DNA of 64,000 nucleotides from Candidatus Goldiibacteriota bacterium (lineage in GTDB: Bacteria; Oederibacteriota; PGYV01): the NCBI GenBank assembly GCA_016937715.1, contig JAFGWA010000017.1:3227-67226 (forward strand), in the 5' to 3' direction. The position numbers and the translations under genes are program-made. This document shows, piece by piece, positions 1-13,146 of this stretch (positions within the stretch are counted from its first letter, which is position 1; every line of letters starts with the position of its first letter). The notes under the pieces are model-generated. The model was not told the DNA's origin. It saw nothing but the letters and a program-made list of their open reading frames with translations, and did no database searches.

Positions 1-257
1 AGGCCGGCGGTTGGAATGGCAAAAATTAACGCATTTATTTTAAGTTCTTTTTCAGGACCGGTTTTTACAAACCTGTTCATTACCTTGCATACTGCCATGT
101 AAAAAAAAACAAATAATAAAGCTGTCAGAACGCCGGCTATAATTGATTTATAAACACCTTCAGCCCCCATAAACTTCAAAAATGGGGCAATACACATAAA
201 CGTAAGAATTAAACCTGAAACAGCGGGCAGAACATACCACGGCTGATTTTTATTCAT
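1..257 (-). CDS. hypothetical small membrane protein, N-terminal part only (gene runs off the window start)
   Basis: Minus-strand ORF starting at ATG (reverse complement of 255-257), overlapping the stop of the upstream 3D-domain gene by 4 nt (ATGA). Translation MNKNQPWYVLPAVSGLILTFMCIAPF... is hydrophobic. Absent from the ORF track because it is truncated by the window edge. Confidence 0.3.
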   Translation of the reverse strand, partial: MNKNQPWYVLPAVSGLILTFMCIAPFLKFMGAEGVYKSIIAGVLTALLFVFFYMAVCKVMNRFVKTGPEKELKINALIFAIPTAG

Positions 258-952
258 TTTTTCTTTTTATTGGCATAATAACTTTTTGGTTTTGTGCCAA
301 GCACGTATACTTTTACTTTTTTTCTTCCCCATTTAAAAGCTTCTTCGGTGGTATTGTAACAAAGGTCTATTTTTTTGCCTTTAATGGCGCCGCCGACATC
401 CCCGCACCAGGCAAAACCATATCCGTCAACGTAAATAAGCGACCTTAAAGCAATTACTTTGGGGTCCACAGCGGCTATTCCATGTCTTGTACGCCATCCA
501 AGCGATGTTATCCCCGCCCACTTTAATCCGTTGGATTCAGGCGACGGGTCATATGCCGTGGCTTCCACATCATGGACGTAATGCACATAGGTGGTCTCCG
601 GAACGGTTATGGGATGATTTGATTTTGATATGCCCTCTATCTTAAAACCATTTTTTGGTTTTTTTATTATTCCGGTATTATATAAAGCTTTTGAAAAAAC
701 TGTTCTGCCGCCCAAATCAAGATTTTTACTTACAGAATGGCTGTAGCCTTTTTGCCCTTCTTCAAGCCAAACTGTCCATCCGCTTTTAATAAAATTACTT
801 TTTCTTACTTTTATGTCAAAAGGAATATATTCCTTTGCAACGCCTGCGCTTATGCGCGTATTTATGGCAGCGGCGGCAAAAATAACCCACGCGGCAAATA
901 AAATAACTGCGGCTGTTTTAAAACCCGTATTATTAATATTATTCATAATCAA
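254..952 (-). CDS. 3D-domain protein (MltA-like fold; YuiC/YabE-like cell-wall associated)
   Basis: N-terminal signal/TM segment; C-terminal motifs ATAYDP...GWRTRHGIAAVDPKVI...IYVDGYG.AWCGDVGGAIKG are typical of the 3D domain. Confidence 0.55.
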   Translation of the reverse strand: MIMNNINNTGFKTAAVILFAAWVIFAAAAINTRISAGVAKEYIPFDIKVRKSNFIKSGWTVWLEEGQKGYSHSVSKNLDLGGRTVFSKALYNTGIIKKPKNGFKIEGISKSNHPITVPETTYVHYVHDVEATAYDPSPESNGLKWAGITSLGWRTRHGIAAVDPKVIALRSLIYVDGYGFAWCGDVGGAIKGKKIDLCYNTTEEAFKWGRKKVKVYVLGTKPKSYYANKKKK

Positions 953-954
953 AA

Positions 955-2016
955 TTATATCAGCATTTTTCTTGTTTTTACAGAATAAACATTATGAAAA
1001 CCGGCTTTGCCTTTTACTTCCACGGGCGGAAGCGAATCCACTTCCACGATTGTTTCCACCTGCTTATATACTTCTTCTGAAATTATCACCTGACCGTTTA
1101 AGGCTGTGCCGCATATCCTGCTTGCAAAATTTACCGTATCGCCTATTACGGTGTATTCAAGCCGTTCTTCAGAACCCATATTGCCTGTTATTATCTCTCC
1201 CCTTGCAAGCCCTATTCCAAGGCCTATATTAAGGGTTGGGTCTTTTTCCTTCCACTCTTTTAATTTCATGGCAAACTGCACCTGTATATCAAGCGCTGAT
1301 AAAATAGCTTTATCCGCGTCAAGATAATCTATGTACTTGGGAGCTTCTTCAAACACGGCCATTACCGCGTCTCCGATGAATTTATTAACCCTGCCCCTGT
1401 TTTTCTGAATTGCTTTTGTAGCAATTGTGAAATACTCGTTTAACATCATAACCACCTTTTCCGGCTCTGAATTTTCCGTAAAAGACGTAAAGCCCCTTAT
1501 GTCTGAAAAAAATATGGTGGCGGTTTTTTTCTTCCCCCCCACATAATGTTCGTTAATCCCGCGGTTCTCTATTTCATCTTTTAAAGAAGGGTCAAGATAT
1601 TTTCCAAGTGAAGATTTAAACTTATCCTTATCCTGTTTGACGCTGATAAATGAACATACAAAAAGGTCAAATATTTTAAGGATATTTGCGTATGCAGCCG
1701 CATAACCGCCCCTTGTTTTCATCTGAAAACCCGCAGGCAGAATTTCCTTGGTTCTCATCTGGTTTACCATATGCTTTAATATTTTTGAAGCAAAAGAAGA
1801 AAGGTTCATCATTGCAAACAGGTATATCAGCACTCCAAGGTAAAAAGCTCCAAGAATTACGGATGCCAGAATATCTTCCCATGGCGAGACAGCAAATTTT
1901 TTTGAAAGTGTTGCTGACAGCAGTTTAAACAGCGGGTCATAACCAAACGCAATCAGCATGCCTATTAACGCGCTTAAGAACATAATGCTTTTTACGGGCG
2001 CTTTATTTTTTCTCAT
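955..2016 (-). CDS. membrane-anchored class III adenylate/guanylate cyclase
   Basis: Two or three N-terminal TM helices; cyclase core FFSDIRGFTSFTE...FIGDAVMAVF...GLARGEIITGNMGS...YTVIGDTVNFASR. Confidence 0.8.
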   Translation of the reverse strand: MRKNKAPVKSIMFLSALIGMLIAFGYDPLFKLLSATLSKKFAVSPWEDILASVILGAFYLGVLIYLFAMMNLSSFASKILKHMVNQMRTKEILPAGFQMKTRGGYAAAYANILKIFDLFVCSFISVKQDKDKFKSSLGKYLDPSLKDEIENRGINEHYVGGKKKTATIFFSDIRGFTSFTENSEPEKVVMMLNEYFTIATKAIQKNRGRVNKFIGDAVMAVFEEAPKYIDYLDADKAILSALDIQVQFAMKLKEWKEKDPTLNIGLGIGLARGEIITGNMGSEERLEYTVIGDTVNFASRICGTALNGQVIISEEVYKQVETIVEVDSLPPVEVKGKAGFHNVYSVKTRKMLI

Positions 2017-2056
2017 TTTTTTCTCCTGCTTTTAATCCCCCTGAAAATATACGCCT

Positions 2057-2701
2057 TTATTTAAATAACTCCCTGATTTTTTTTACGTTAATTTCTCTCA
2101 TATTTTTTACGTTAAGCTTTGTTTTATTCAGTTTGTGTTCCCTTGTGACGCCTATGCTTATCATGCCCGCCGCGTTGGCTGCGTCAATGCCTATCTGAGC
2201 GTCTTCAAAAACCGCGCATTCAGACGGTTTAACTTTCATTTTTTTTGCCGCCCTTAAAAAAATATCCGGAAACGGCTTTCCCTTTTTCGCAAGCGCCCCT
2301 TCCGCGTCAATATCAAAATATTTAAAAATACCCTCTTGTTTAAGAATAGGCGCGGCATTTTTGCTTGAACTTGCCATAGCCACTTTTATGCCTTCGTTTT
2401 TAAGTTTTATTATAAGGTTTACCGTGCTTTTAAAAATTTTTACCCCGTTTTTTTTAAGGTATATTTCAAAAAATTTCTGTTTTTCAGCGCATATACGCTC
2501 CACTTCTTTGTCATCTGCCAGCGGTAAAAGAGCTTTTACCCCTTTTGCCCGCGGCATACCGTCTATCTTATTTTTAAAATCCGCAAAAGTAAATTTCATA
2601 TTGTAATCCCTTTTTAAAACCGTTTCCCAGGATTTATGGTGAAGGGGGGCTGTGTCAATTATAACCCCATCCACATCAAAAATTACCGCTTTTAATTCCA
2701 T
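2057..2701 (-). CDS. HAD-IA hydrolase (beta-phosphoglucomutase-like)
   Basis: Motif I FDVDGVIIDT at the N-terminus; overall HAD fold motifs (KVAMASSS, FEDAQIGIDAA). Confidence 0.75.
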   Translation of the reverse strand: MELKAVIFDVDGVIIDTAPLHHKSWETVLKRDYNMKFTFADFKNKIDGMPRAKGVKALLPLADDKEVERICAEKQKFFEIYLKKNGVKIFKSTVNLIIKLKNEGIKVAMASSSKNAAPILKQEGIFKYFDIDAEGALAKKGKPFPDIFLRAAKKMKVKPSECAVFEDAQIGIDAANAAGMISIGVTREHKLNKTKLNVKNMREINVKKIRELFK

Positions 2702-2729
2702 TATTTCACCCTGTATTTTTTTAAATTTT

Positions 2730-3392
2730 TTATACGCACAATTCTTTCATTTTTTTAATGTCTTTAATATATATTTTTCTTTTTATTACATTGATAATTT
2801 TTTCTTTTTCCATTAAAAGCAGAGTCCTTGTCGTGGTTTCCCTTGTAAGGCCTGCTAAATCGCCCAGCTCCTGATGCGTAAATTTAACTTTTCCGTCCTC
2901 ATCTTTAAAATCCATAAGCACGCAGGCTATTCTGCTTTTAGCGTTTCCGAGCGCAAGAATTTTTATATCACGGTCCGCTTTTGAAAGCCTTTCAGAAAGG
3001 CTTTTAATTATCTGAAGCGAAATTGAAGGTTCTTTGGATATAATTTCTTCAAAATTTTCACGGGAAATACTGAGCGTCCCGGTGTCTTCAAAAGCTTCCA
3101 CCGTGGCGGACCGCGCTTCTTTTGTAAGCAGGGCCATCTCGCCAAAAGCGTCTTTTCTTTTTAATATGGCAAGGGTCTTTGTCTTGCCGTCTTTTGAATA
3201 CTTCACCACCCTTACCACTCCGGAAATTATGATGTGAAGCGAATCGCCGGCTTCACCTTCGCTGAAAATAGTATCTCCGGCGGCATACATATTTTCTTTC
3301 ATATGCTGCAAAATTATTAAAAGCCCGCTGTCTTTAACTCCGGAAAAAATAAAACTTTCTTTCAGACAAAGAATCAACTCTTTTTTTGTCAT
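2730..3392 (-). CDS. Crp/Fnr-family transcriptional regulator (cNMP-binding domain plus HTH)
   Basis: cNMP-binding beta-roll (FGEMALL...RSATV) followed by a C-terminal HTH ELGDLAGLTRETTTRTL. Confidence 0.85.
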   Translation of the reverse strand: MTKKELILCLKESFIFSGVKDSGLLIILQHMKENMYAAGDTIFSEGEAGDSLHIIISGVVRVVKYSKDGKTKTLAILKRKDAFGEMALLTKEARSATVEAFEDTGTLSISRENFEEIISKEPSISLQIIKSLSERLSKADRDIKILALGNAKSRIACVLMDFKDEDGKVKFTHQELGDLAGLTRETTTRTLLLMEKEKIINVIKRKIYIKDIKKMKELCV

Positions 3393-3420
3393 TTTTTTCT
3401 CCGGCTGTGATTATATCCGC

Positions 3421-6012
<2,592 letters not shown>

Positions 6013-6025
6013 TTATTTCCTCCGT

Positions 6026-6262
6026 TTATTCCGTTATCCGTTTTATAAGGCTTCCCGCATTTATACGGGAAAAATACAGCATTACTTTTCCTTTTTTTTC
6101 AACCAATGCCAGGCTTTTCTGTTTTTCAGATTCATTCCTTACTTTTCTGCCTTCCTTCATTTTTTCAAGCAAGACAGTGTTTAATCCAACCGAAGAAAAA
6201 ATTCCTATTATTTCATCTTCTCCAAAAAAAACACCCTGGCCTATATGAAGCGTTTTCATCAT
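6026..6262 (-). CDS. DUF370 / RemB (YaaB)-like small protein
   Basis: HIGQGVFFGEDEIIGIFSS matches the DUF370 signature (B. subtilis YaaB HLGDDFVVSTRDIVGIFDF). It sits in the conserved position immediately upstream of gyrB. Confidence 0.55.
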   Translation of the reverse strand: MMKTLHIGQGVFFGEDEIIGIFSSVGLNTVLLEKMKEGRKVRNESEKQKSLALVEKKGKVMLYFSRINAGSLIKRITE

Positions 6263-6543
6263 CCTTTTATCCTTATAACCACTTCTTTTACGCCGTCAAT
6301 TCCGGACGCAAGGTTTGCTTTTTTAATTATTTCACGGCGGATGTACCCAAGTTCTGATTTTACCGTACTGTTGTCCGCGTAAACAAAAAGTTTTCCTTCA
6401 TTATATTTAAAAGGCTCTGTCTTTGAACAAAGTTTCTGGCCGGCTATCCTGCTCCAGTTATCGTGAATCTTTTCAATCACCATATCTTCTGAAAAACCGG
6501 TTTTTTTAATAAGCTTTTCAACTATATTTTTAATTTCTTCCAT
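6259..6543 (-). CDS. DUF721 (DciA-like) protein
   Basis: Pattern W..I.G..L...T.P......G.L.V.ADNS.W..EL.Y.........N...G...V.....R is typical of DUF721/COG5512, which is characteristically encoded in recF/gyrB neighbourhoods. It overlaps the downstream gene by 4 nt. Confidence 0.6.
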   Translation of the reverse strand: MEEIKNIVEKLIKKTGFSEDMVIEKIHDNWSRIAGQKLCSKTEPFKYNEGKLFVYADNSTVKSELGYIRREIIKKANLASGIDGVKEVVIRIKG

Positions 6544-6545
6544 TT

Positions 6546-7934
6546 TTATTCGCTTAAAAAAAGCGGAACATCAAATACAACCCCGCCGCTTATATTTAAA
6601 AACGGATATGAAATGTTTTTTCCGTTTTGGGTTAATGTGTAGTTATAACCCGCGTCAGCCTTTATTGAAAACATTTTAAGAATAATAAATTCCACGCCTG
6701 CCGCGGCTTCTGCCGTATAGTCTATTTCGTTCTTTTTTTCTGAATAACCGCCGTCAAACAGATACATGGTGCTGACAAGGGCAACCCCGTTGCCAAGCCT
6801 TAAGTAAGGCATTAAGAACAGGTCTTTTCTGTAGCCCATATACCAGTAAACATTCACAAGCAGATCCGTCATATTAAGCTCATATTTATAAAAATCTTTA
6901 TCATTGGCAAGTGAAACCGTCCTGCCCGCGACTCCAAGCCTGAAAGCGCCGTTAATACTTAACTGAAATTCCGCGTTTAAACCAAGCCCGAATTTTGTGT
7001 CTTCTTTAAGCGAATCCGGCGACAGCGGCATAAAACCGCTTGCGCCAGCGTTTATGGTGACTTTTGGCGTTTCTTCATCCGGGCGTTTTAAAGACAAGTA
7101 ATATTTTACAAGCGACTGAAACTGAACCGGCGGCATCCACGCCGCAAATTTCTGCTGCGCGAAAGGTTTAAAATTAATAGAGCCCACTTTTGGATTATTT
7201 CGTTTATCATACATAAACTTCTGTATTTTGTTGTCTTCCGTATAATCCCAGAAGTTATTTTTACAATCCGCGTCAAGCGCCGAATAATTTGTCACATTAA
7301 CGGTGCTTGATAAAAAATTATTTTTTTCAATGAGCATTTTGGTGTCATCAAAGCGCTGCAGATAAACGGCAAACCTGTTTTTACTGAAAGTATTGCCGGT
7401 TATCGTAAAACTCATTTTCTGGCCTTCGGCATATACGCCGTAAGTATTGTTAAAAAAATAACTGTCTTTAATTACCGCCTTGGCAAAATGAAAGAGCGTA
7501 ATGCCTGTGGCATTTAAAATATAATTGTTGGAAAAAATTAAACTTCCGCCTTCAACTTTAATTGTGCCCCTTATAAAAACCGTAAATTCCATAACACTTT
7601 TATATTTACCTTCATAAACAAGGCCTTCATAAAAAGTTTCACCGTCAAAGGGCAGAAGCCTTACGGGATTTGCCGGCAGCCCTTTACAGTTAAAGACGCC
7701 CTGGACGGTAATTTTGCCTTCTTTTTTAAATTTAATCACCGTGCCCGGCTGGACATTTATTATTGTTTTTTTTCCTATAGTGACATTATCACTAATAATA
7801 TACGGTGAATTTTTAACATTCCACGTTTCACTTTTTTCAAGTGTCCCGTTTACATTTGTTTCTGCGTAGGCGGCTGTAAACATCACTGACAGCAGTAAAA
7901 CTGCAGCAGCGGCGATTTTTTTCAAAAACACCAC
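6546..7934 (-). CDS. secreted protein with beta-helix-like repeats and a C-terminal beta-barrel-like domain (hypothetical)
   Basis: Signal peptide MVFLKKIAAAAVLLLSVMFTAAYA; the N-terminal half has N/G/T-rich repeats resembling a right-handed beta-helix; the C-terminal ~180 aa is alternating amphipathic. No confident family assignment. Confidence 0.45.
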   Translation of the reverse strand: MVFLKKIAAAAVLLLSVMFTAAYAETNVNGTLEKSETWNVKNSPYIISDNVTIGKKTIINVQPGTVIKFKKEGKITVQGVFNCKGLPANPVRLLPFDGETFYEGLVYEGKYKSVMEFTVFIRGTIKVEGGSLIFSNNYILNATGITLFHFAKAVIKDSYFFNNTYGVYAEGQKMSFTITGNTFSKNRFAVYLQRFDDTKMLIEKNNFLSSTVNVTNYSALDADCKNNFWDYTEDNKIQKFMYDKRNNPKVGSINFKPFAQQKFAAWMPPVQFQSLVKYYLSLKRPDEETPKVTINAGASGFMPLSPDSLKEDTKFGLGLNAEFQLSINGAFRLGVAGRTVSLANDKDFYKYELNMTDLLVNVYWYMGYRKDLFLMPYLRLGNGVALVSTMYLFDGGYSEKKNEIDYTAEAAAGVEFIILKMFSIKADAGYNYTLTQNGKNISYPFLNISGGVVFDVPLFLSE

Positions 7935-7939
7935 CCCTT

Positions 7940-10573
7940 TTATATGATATCTGTACCTTTGTCATCTTCAAGGTCCGGAAGCGGCGGCAATTCGCCGTTA
8001 AAAGGCGCAGGCTGCTCTTTTTCAAGAAGTTTATCTGATATCTTTACGTCTTTACCAGGAAGGTCAGGCACAGGCCCGGCCGGTTTTTCCATATCAAGAA
8101 TATCATTTACTTTTATGACTTCCGGCTGTGTTTCCGGGGATTTTGATGCGTCCCAGCCTGCCATAGAATTAGTCTGTATTTTAAAAGACCCCTGCGGTTT
8201 TTCCGCCGGTTTTTCTTTTGGCGGTTCCTGACCGCCGAACATGGACGCAAAAGGATTCATTATTTTAGGTTTCTGAAGTTCAGGCTCCGGTTTAATTTCC
8301 GGAAGTTCCGCAATTTCAGGAAGCGGCGCCGGTTTTTCATCAGCCAAAGGTTTTATTTCCGGCATTGTATTTTTTATTTCCGCTGCAGGTTTCACGGTTT
8401 CCGGTTTAAATGCCGGAACAGCATCAGGTTTAAAGCCGCCTTTTTTATCAAACGGAAGGGAGATAATAAATGCCTTTCCTTTTCCTATTTCTGATTCTAT
8501 CCAGATATCGCCGCCCATCTTTTTAATAACGGCTTTTATGATAGGAAACCTTAAACCCGAATTAATGAATTCCGGGCCGGCCTGCGATTCAGGCCCGTGA
8601 AAATTTGAAAATAATGATTCTGCCTTTGACTTTGGCATACTCATTCCGTAATCCATTATCACTATTTTAACCATCGTGCCTTCCTGTTTTGTTTCTACCG
8701 ATACAGAACCGCCTCTTGGCGATACTTTAATGGACTGTGTCAGTAACTGTGACAGCACAGCGGAAAGCCTTGCGGAATCGCCTGAAGCGGAATTTAAAGT
8801 CTGCATAAATTTAGTTTTAATTTCCACTTTTTTTACGTCAGCCTGCGGCTGCACGGAAAAAATTATATCCTGAATTATTGTATTAACATCCACAGGATTC
8901 TGGTTTAATTTTATTTCGCCTTTTTCAAGCCTTGCAAGTTCTGACAGGTCGTTTATAAGCCTTTCCAGCCTTGCCGACTTATTGATAACCACGCCCAAAA
9001 ACTGCTGCTGCGCGTCGGTAATTTTACCTTCGCCGCCAAGGACAGAAGAAATATAGGTTTTAATAACCGAAAGCACGCCTTTTAATTCGGTGTTCATCAT
9101 TAAAACCGCGTCAGTACGCATGTCTTCCTTATCAGAAACAACAGGCGCGTCTTTTAATTTTTTTGCTTCTTCCTTAAGCTGTATTTTTTCCCTTTCAAGG
9201 GCGTCAATTTTTAACTTTGCTTCATCTGCCGCCGCTTTTAATTTATCTTCAAGTTCTTTTTTAACCCTTGCGGTTTCCGCTTTTAACTTTGACGTTTCTT
9301 CTTCAACATTTATCTTGCTGTTTTCCGCTATTTTTAAAGCATCGCGCAGTTCTGATATTTCCATATCCGCCCTTGACGCTTCTTTTGAAAGTTCTTCTTC
9401 CAGTTCTTTTGACATCTGTGAAAGTTTGGCCGCCTTGTCTTCCGACGCGTTTATCCTTCCCTTTAATATCACAAGAGAATCCGACATTTTTTTATAAGGC
9501 CCGCTTTTAAGTTTGGGCAGCATTGATTCAAAACTTTCTTCGTCTATGTGAGTCATTGCTTTTGTAATTTTAGAAACCGGAGCAAAAGGGGCGCCGCTTG
9601 AACCTATTATTATCAGAAACCCTATTAAAAGCCCCAGCCCAAGTATGCCATAAACAGGCAGTATATATTTGGTGTCATAAATTGAATGAGTGTATTTTTT
9701 TGCATTATCAGACTGCAGTGATTTATAATCCATATAAGGGGTAAAGACGCATGAAATTAATCCTGTTTCCCTGTTTTTCTTGTAAGCTAATAGGCCCCTT
9801 TCATTCACATAAACAGCCTCTTTAATATTTTCATCTTCAACATTATCGGTTAAAATAACCTTTAAATCTTTTGAATCCTGTATGTTTTCGGCGTTTTCCT
9901 TGGATTTATCCGTGCTTAATAGCACTGTCCCCGCCATGTTAACTATAAAATTACGGCCCCTTACAGACTGGGTTTCTTTGCGTATTCTGTCAGATAATCC
10001 TTCTATATTTTCTTTTACATATAAAACAGAAGCAAGGTTGTCCTTAATATCAACAACAGGGATAAAATATTCAGCGATCCCTTCACTGAATTTAATATCG
10101 CTTATTATCTTTTTTGAAGCTTTTGCCTGGATAAATTTGGCATTCTGGGCGAATTTCCCCGAACTTGATGATTCGGCTCCGGCAAGCACATTGCCGTTGG
10201 GATATAATAATGCCGTAACACCTGAAAGCCCTGATACTTTTTTCTGATAAGCGGATTTTATTTTTGATTTTACCTTAAGGTTGCTGTAACTGGAATTGCG
10301 GATAATATAATCCGATGTAACGCCTGAATATTTACTCTGAATTTTCTGTTCGGACAGCATTACAGTGCCGTTATGCACGATGTTAAGTTTTTCTTTCATC
10401 TGTTCGCTTATTATATTTATCTCTTTCTGCTTGTCCGCCCAGGCTATTTTGGAATTAAGTTCATTTAACTGCGCCACTCTGGACGTATCATAAAGATAAA
10501 ATACCGCGGCAGGCACGCCAAACAGAAACACAGCCGCAAGCAGCATATTTCTTATAAGAGAACCTTTACTCAT
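7940..10573 (-). CDS. membrane sensor histidine-kinase-like protein with degenerate catalytic motifs (probable pseudokinase), coiled-coil and a Pro/Glu/Lys-rich C-terminal tail
   Basis: TM helix at residues 9-27, a second TM near residue 300, a long coiled coil, a HisKA-like dimerization region (NTELKGVLSVIKTYISSVL...RLERLINDLSELARLEKGEIKL) in which the phospho-acceptor His position is Thr, and an HATPase_c-like region with N-box Asn->Gln and degenerate G boxes (MDYGMSM, NSGLRF). The C-terminus has PEIKP-type low-complexity repeats. Confidence 0.6.
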   Translation of the reverse strand: MSKGSLIRNMLLAAVFLFGVPAAVFYLYDTSRVAQLNELNSKIAWADKQKEINIISEQMKEKLNIVHNGTVMLSEQKIQSKYSGVTSDYIIRNSSYSNLKVKSKIKSAYQKKVSGLSGVTALLYPNGNVLAGAESSSSGKFAQNAKFIQAKASKKIISDIKFSEGIAEYFIPVVDIKDNLASVLYVKENIEGLSDRIRKETQSVRGRNFIVNMAGTVLLSTDKSKENAENIQDSKDLKVILTDNVEDENIKEAVYVNERGLLAYKKNRETGLISCVFTPYMDYKSLQSDNAKKYTHSIYDTKYILPVYGILGLGLLIGFLIIIGSSGAPFAPVSKITKAMTHIDEESFESMLPKLKSGPYKKMSDSLVILKGRINASEDKAAKLSQMSKELEEELSKEASRADMEISELRDALKIAENSKINVEEETSKLKAETARVKKELEDKLKAAADEAKLKIDALEREKIQLKEEAKKLKDAPVVSDKEDMRTDAVLMMNTELKGVLSVIKTYISSVLGGEGKITDAQQQFLGVVINKSARLERLINDLSELARLEKGEIKLNQNPVDVNTIIQDIIFSVQPQADVKKVEIKTKFMQTLNSASGDSARLSAVLSQLLTQSIKVSPRGGSVSVETKQEGTMVKIVIMDYGMSMPKSKAESLFSNFHGPESQAGPEFINSGLRFPIIKAVIKKMGGDIWIESEIGKGKAFIISLPFDKKGGFKPDAVPAFKPETVKPAAEIKNTMPEIKPLADEKPAPLPEIAELPEIKPEPELQKPKIMNPFASMFGGQEPPKEKPAEKPQGSFKIQTNSMAGWDASKSPETQPEVIKVNDILDMEKPAGPVPDLPGKDVKISDKLLEKEQPAPFNGELPPLPDLEDDKGTDII

Positions 10574-10648
10574 TTACTTCCTCCTTAAAAATGTATTCCA
10601 TGAAAAAATATTTATGGCGTCATACCCTTGTAAATTTAACCGCCGCTG

Positions 10649-13108
10649 TTATTCCTGTACTTCTTCCTCTTCTTCGGCAACCCTTGCCACCGCGCTTACT
10701 TTTTCCGCGTCTTTAAGTTTAATTAACCTGACACCCTGTGTATTTCTGCCTATGGTCTTAATGTCTTTTATTTTTGTCCTGATAAGGGTGCCTTTATTTG
10801 TAATTATCATAAGCTCATTGGCGTCTTCCACAAGCTTAATGGAAACAACTTCGCCTGTCTTATCGGTCACCTTTATGCTTATAAGCCCTTTTCCGCCGCG
10901 GCTTTGTTCCCTGTATTCTGAAATTTTTGTGCGTTTTCCAAAACCTTTTTCAGTGACAGTTAAAAGCGTGGAATCTTTTTTATCAGAGCCAAGTATTGTC
11001 ATGCTTACCACTTTATCTTTTTTATTCAGGTTTATCCCGCGTACGCCCATTCCTGTACGCCCTATTTCCCTGAACTGTTTTACCTTTGTGCGGATAGCCA
11101 TACCGTCCATTGTAGCTATGAAAATTTCATCTTTTTCCGACGCTATTTTTGTATCAATAAGCTTATCGTCATCATTAAGCCCTATGGCTATAATGCCGCC
11201 GCTTCTTGGATTTCCAAACAGCGATAAGTTAGACCTTTTAATAAGCCCGGATTCCGTGGACATTATCAGGTACTTATCTTCTTCAAATGATTTAACTGAA
11301 ACATATGCCGCCACGGTTTCGCCTTCTTCAAGCTTAATAAGATTTACAATCGCTTTGCCCCTGGTCTGCCTTGCGCCTTCGGGTATTTCATATACCTTAA
11401 GCCAGTGGCAGCGCCCTTTGGACGTAAAGAACATTAAGAATTCATGCGTGTTGGAAACAAAAAGGTCTTCTATAAAATCCTCTTCTTTTGTTTCCATGGC
11501 AATTATGCCGCGGCCGCCGCGCTTCTGCGCTTTGTAAGCGGACACAGGAGTCCTTTTAATAAACCCGCGGTGCGTAATGGTAACCACCATATCTTCTTCC
11601 TGGATAAGGTCTTCCATTGTCATTTCTTTTTCTTTGGCAATTATCTGCGTCCTGCGGTCATCCGAATATTTTCTGCGGACTTCAACAAGTTCTTCTTTCA
11701 TCAAATCAAGAATCTTCTTTTCACTTGCAAGAATTGACTTTAATTTTTCAATCAGTTTTAAAAGTTCTTTGTATTCGTTTTCCAGTTTTTCAACTTCAAG
11801 GTTTGTCAGCTGCTGAAGCCTCATGTCCAGAATTGCCTGCGCCTGCATGACAGACAGGTTAAAAGCGGCAATAAGTTTGCCTTTGGCTTCTTCTGTGCTG
11901 GAAGAGCCCCTTATTATTTTTATTACCCTGTCAAGATACTTTAACGCTATTTTTAAACCTTCCAGAATGTGCGCGCGTTTTTCCGCTTTATCAAGTTCAA
12001 ATTTAAGCCTTCTTATTATTACCTGTTTTCTGAACTGTATAAAATTTTCAAGGAATTCTTTAATATTAAGGACACGCGGCCTTCCATCCACAATAGCAAG
12101 CATTATTACGCCAAAGGTGGTTCTCATCTGCGTGTGTTTATAAAGCTGGTTTAAAATTATTTCAGGATTGTCATTTTTTGAAATTTCAATTACAGCCCTG
12201 GTGCCGTCTTTATCCGATTCATCCCTTAAATCAGTAATACCTTCAATTTTTTTATCTTTTACAAGGTTGGCTATGTTTTCAAGCAGATTGGCTTTGTTTA
12301 CCATATAAGGAAGTTCCGTGATTATTATCTGTTTTTTGCCTTTTTTACTTTCTTCAATTTTTATCTTTGACTGCATTACAATAGAGCCCCTGCCCGTACT
12401 GTATGCCGATTTTATTCCTTCTTTTCCTATTATGAAAGCTCCTGTGGGAAAATCCGGGCCTTTTATCACACCCATAATTTCTTCTATTTTTGTATTTTTA
12501 TTATCTATTACCATAATTGTGGCGTCAATAACTTCGCCAAGATTGTGGGGAGGAATATTGGTGGCCATACCTACGGCAATACCGGAAGAACCGTTTACCA
12601 GAAGGTGCGGGAAAGATACCGGCAGCACTGTGGGTTCTTTTGTGGATTCATCATAATTAGGTACAAAATCAACCGTGTTTTTATCAAGGTCTTTTAAAAG
12701 TTCTTCCGCAAATTTGCTTAAACGCGCTTCTGTATAACGCATTGCGGCGGGCGGATCGCCGTCCACCGAACCAAAGTTACCCTGTCCGTCCACAAGCGGC
12801 ATTCTGAATACAAATGGCTGCGCCATTCTGACCATGGTATCGTAAATAGAGGAGTCGCCGTGGGGATGATAATTACCCATTACTTCTCCGACTATTTTAG
12901 CGGATTTTCTATATGATTTATTGCTGTAAAGCCCCATATCGTGCATTCCATACAGGACCCTTCTATGAACGGGTTTTAAACCGTCGCGGATATCAGGAAG
13001 CGCCCTTCCCACAATTACACTCATTGAATAATCAAGATATGATGTTTTTATTTCGTCTTCTATGGCCGCCTGAATTATTCTTCCGCCGGGTTTTATCTCT
13101 TCTTCCAT
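10649..13108 (-). CDS. gyrA: DNA gyrase subunit A
   Basis: Full-length GyrA homology (active-site region [11 protein letters not shown]-terminal beta-pinwheel repeats). It starts 38 bp downstream of dnaN. Confidence 0.95.
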   Translation of the reverse strand: MEEEIKPGGRIIQAAIEDEIKTSYLDYSMSVIVGRALPDIRDGLKPVHRRVLYGMHDMGLYSNKSYRKSAKIVGEVMGNYHPHGDSSIYDTMVRMAQPFVFRMPLVDGQGNFGSVDGDPPAAMRYTEARLSKFAEELLKDLDKNTVDFVPNYDESTKEPTVLPVSFPHLLVNGSSGIAVGMATNIPPHNLGEVIDATIMVIDNKNTKIEEIMGVIKGPDFPTGAFIIGKEGIKSAYSTGRGSIVMQSKIKIEESKKGKKQIIITELPYMVNKANLLENIANLVKDKKIEGITDLRDESDKDGTRAVIEISKNDNPEIILNQLYKHTQMRTTFGVIMLAIVDGRPRVLNIKEFLENFIQFRKQVIIRRLKFELDKAEKRAHILEGLKIALKYLDRVIKIIRGSSSTEEAKGKLIAAFNLSVMQAQAILDMRLQQLTNLEVEKLENEYKELLKLIEKLKSILASEKKILDLMKEELVEVRRKYSDDRRTQIIAKEKEMTMEDLIQEEDMVVTITHRGFIKRTPVSAYKAQKRGGRGIIAMETKEEDFIEDLFVSNTHEFLMFFTSKGRCHWLKVYEIPEGARQTRGKAIVNLIKLEEGETVAAYVSVKSFEEDKYLIMSTESGLIKRSNLSLFGNPRSGGIIAIGLNDDDKLIDTKIASEKDEIFIATMDGMAIRTKVKQFREIGRTGMGVRGINLNKKDKVVSMTILGSDKKDSTLLTVTEKGFGKRTKISEYREQSRGGKGLISIKVTDKTGEVVSIKLVEDANELMIITNKGTLIRTKIKDIKTIGRNTQGVRLIKLKDAEKVSAVARVAEEEEEVQE

Positions 13109-13146
13109 TATTCTATTCTCCTTGTTGTGCCTGCGCTATATTCTTA

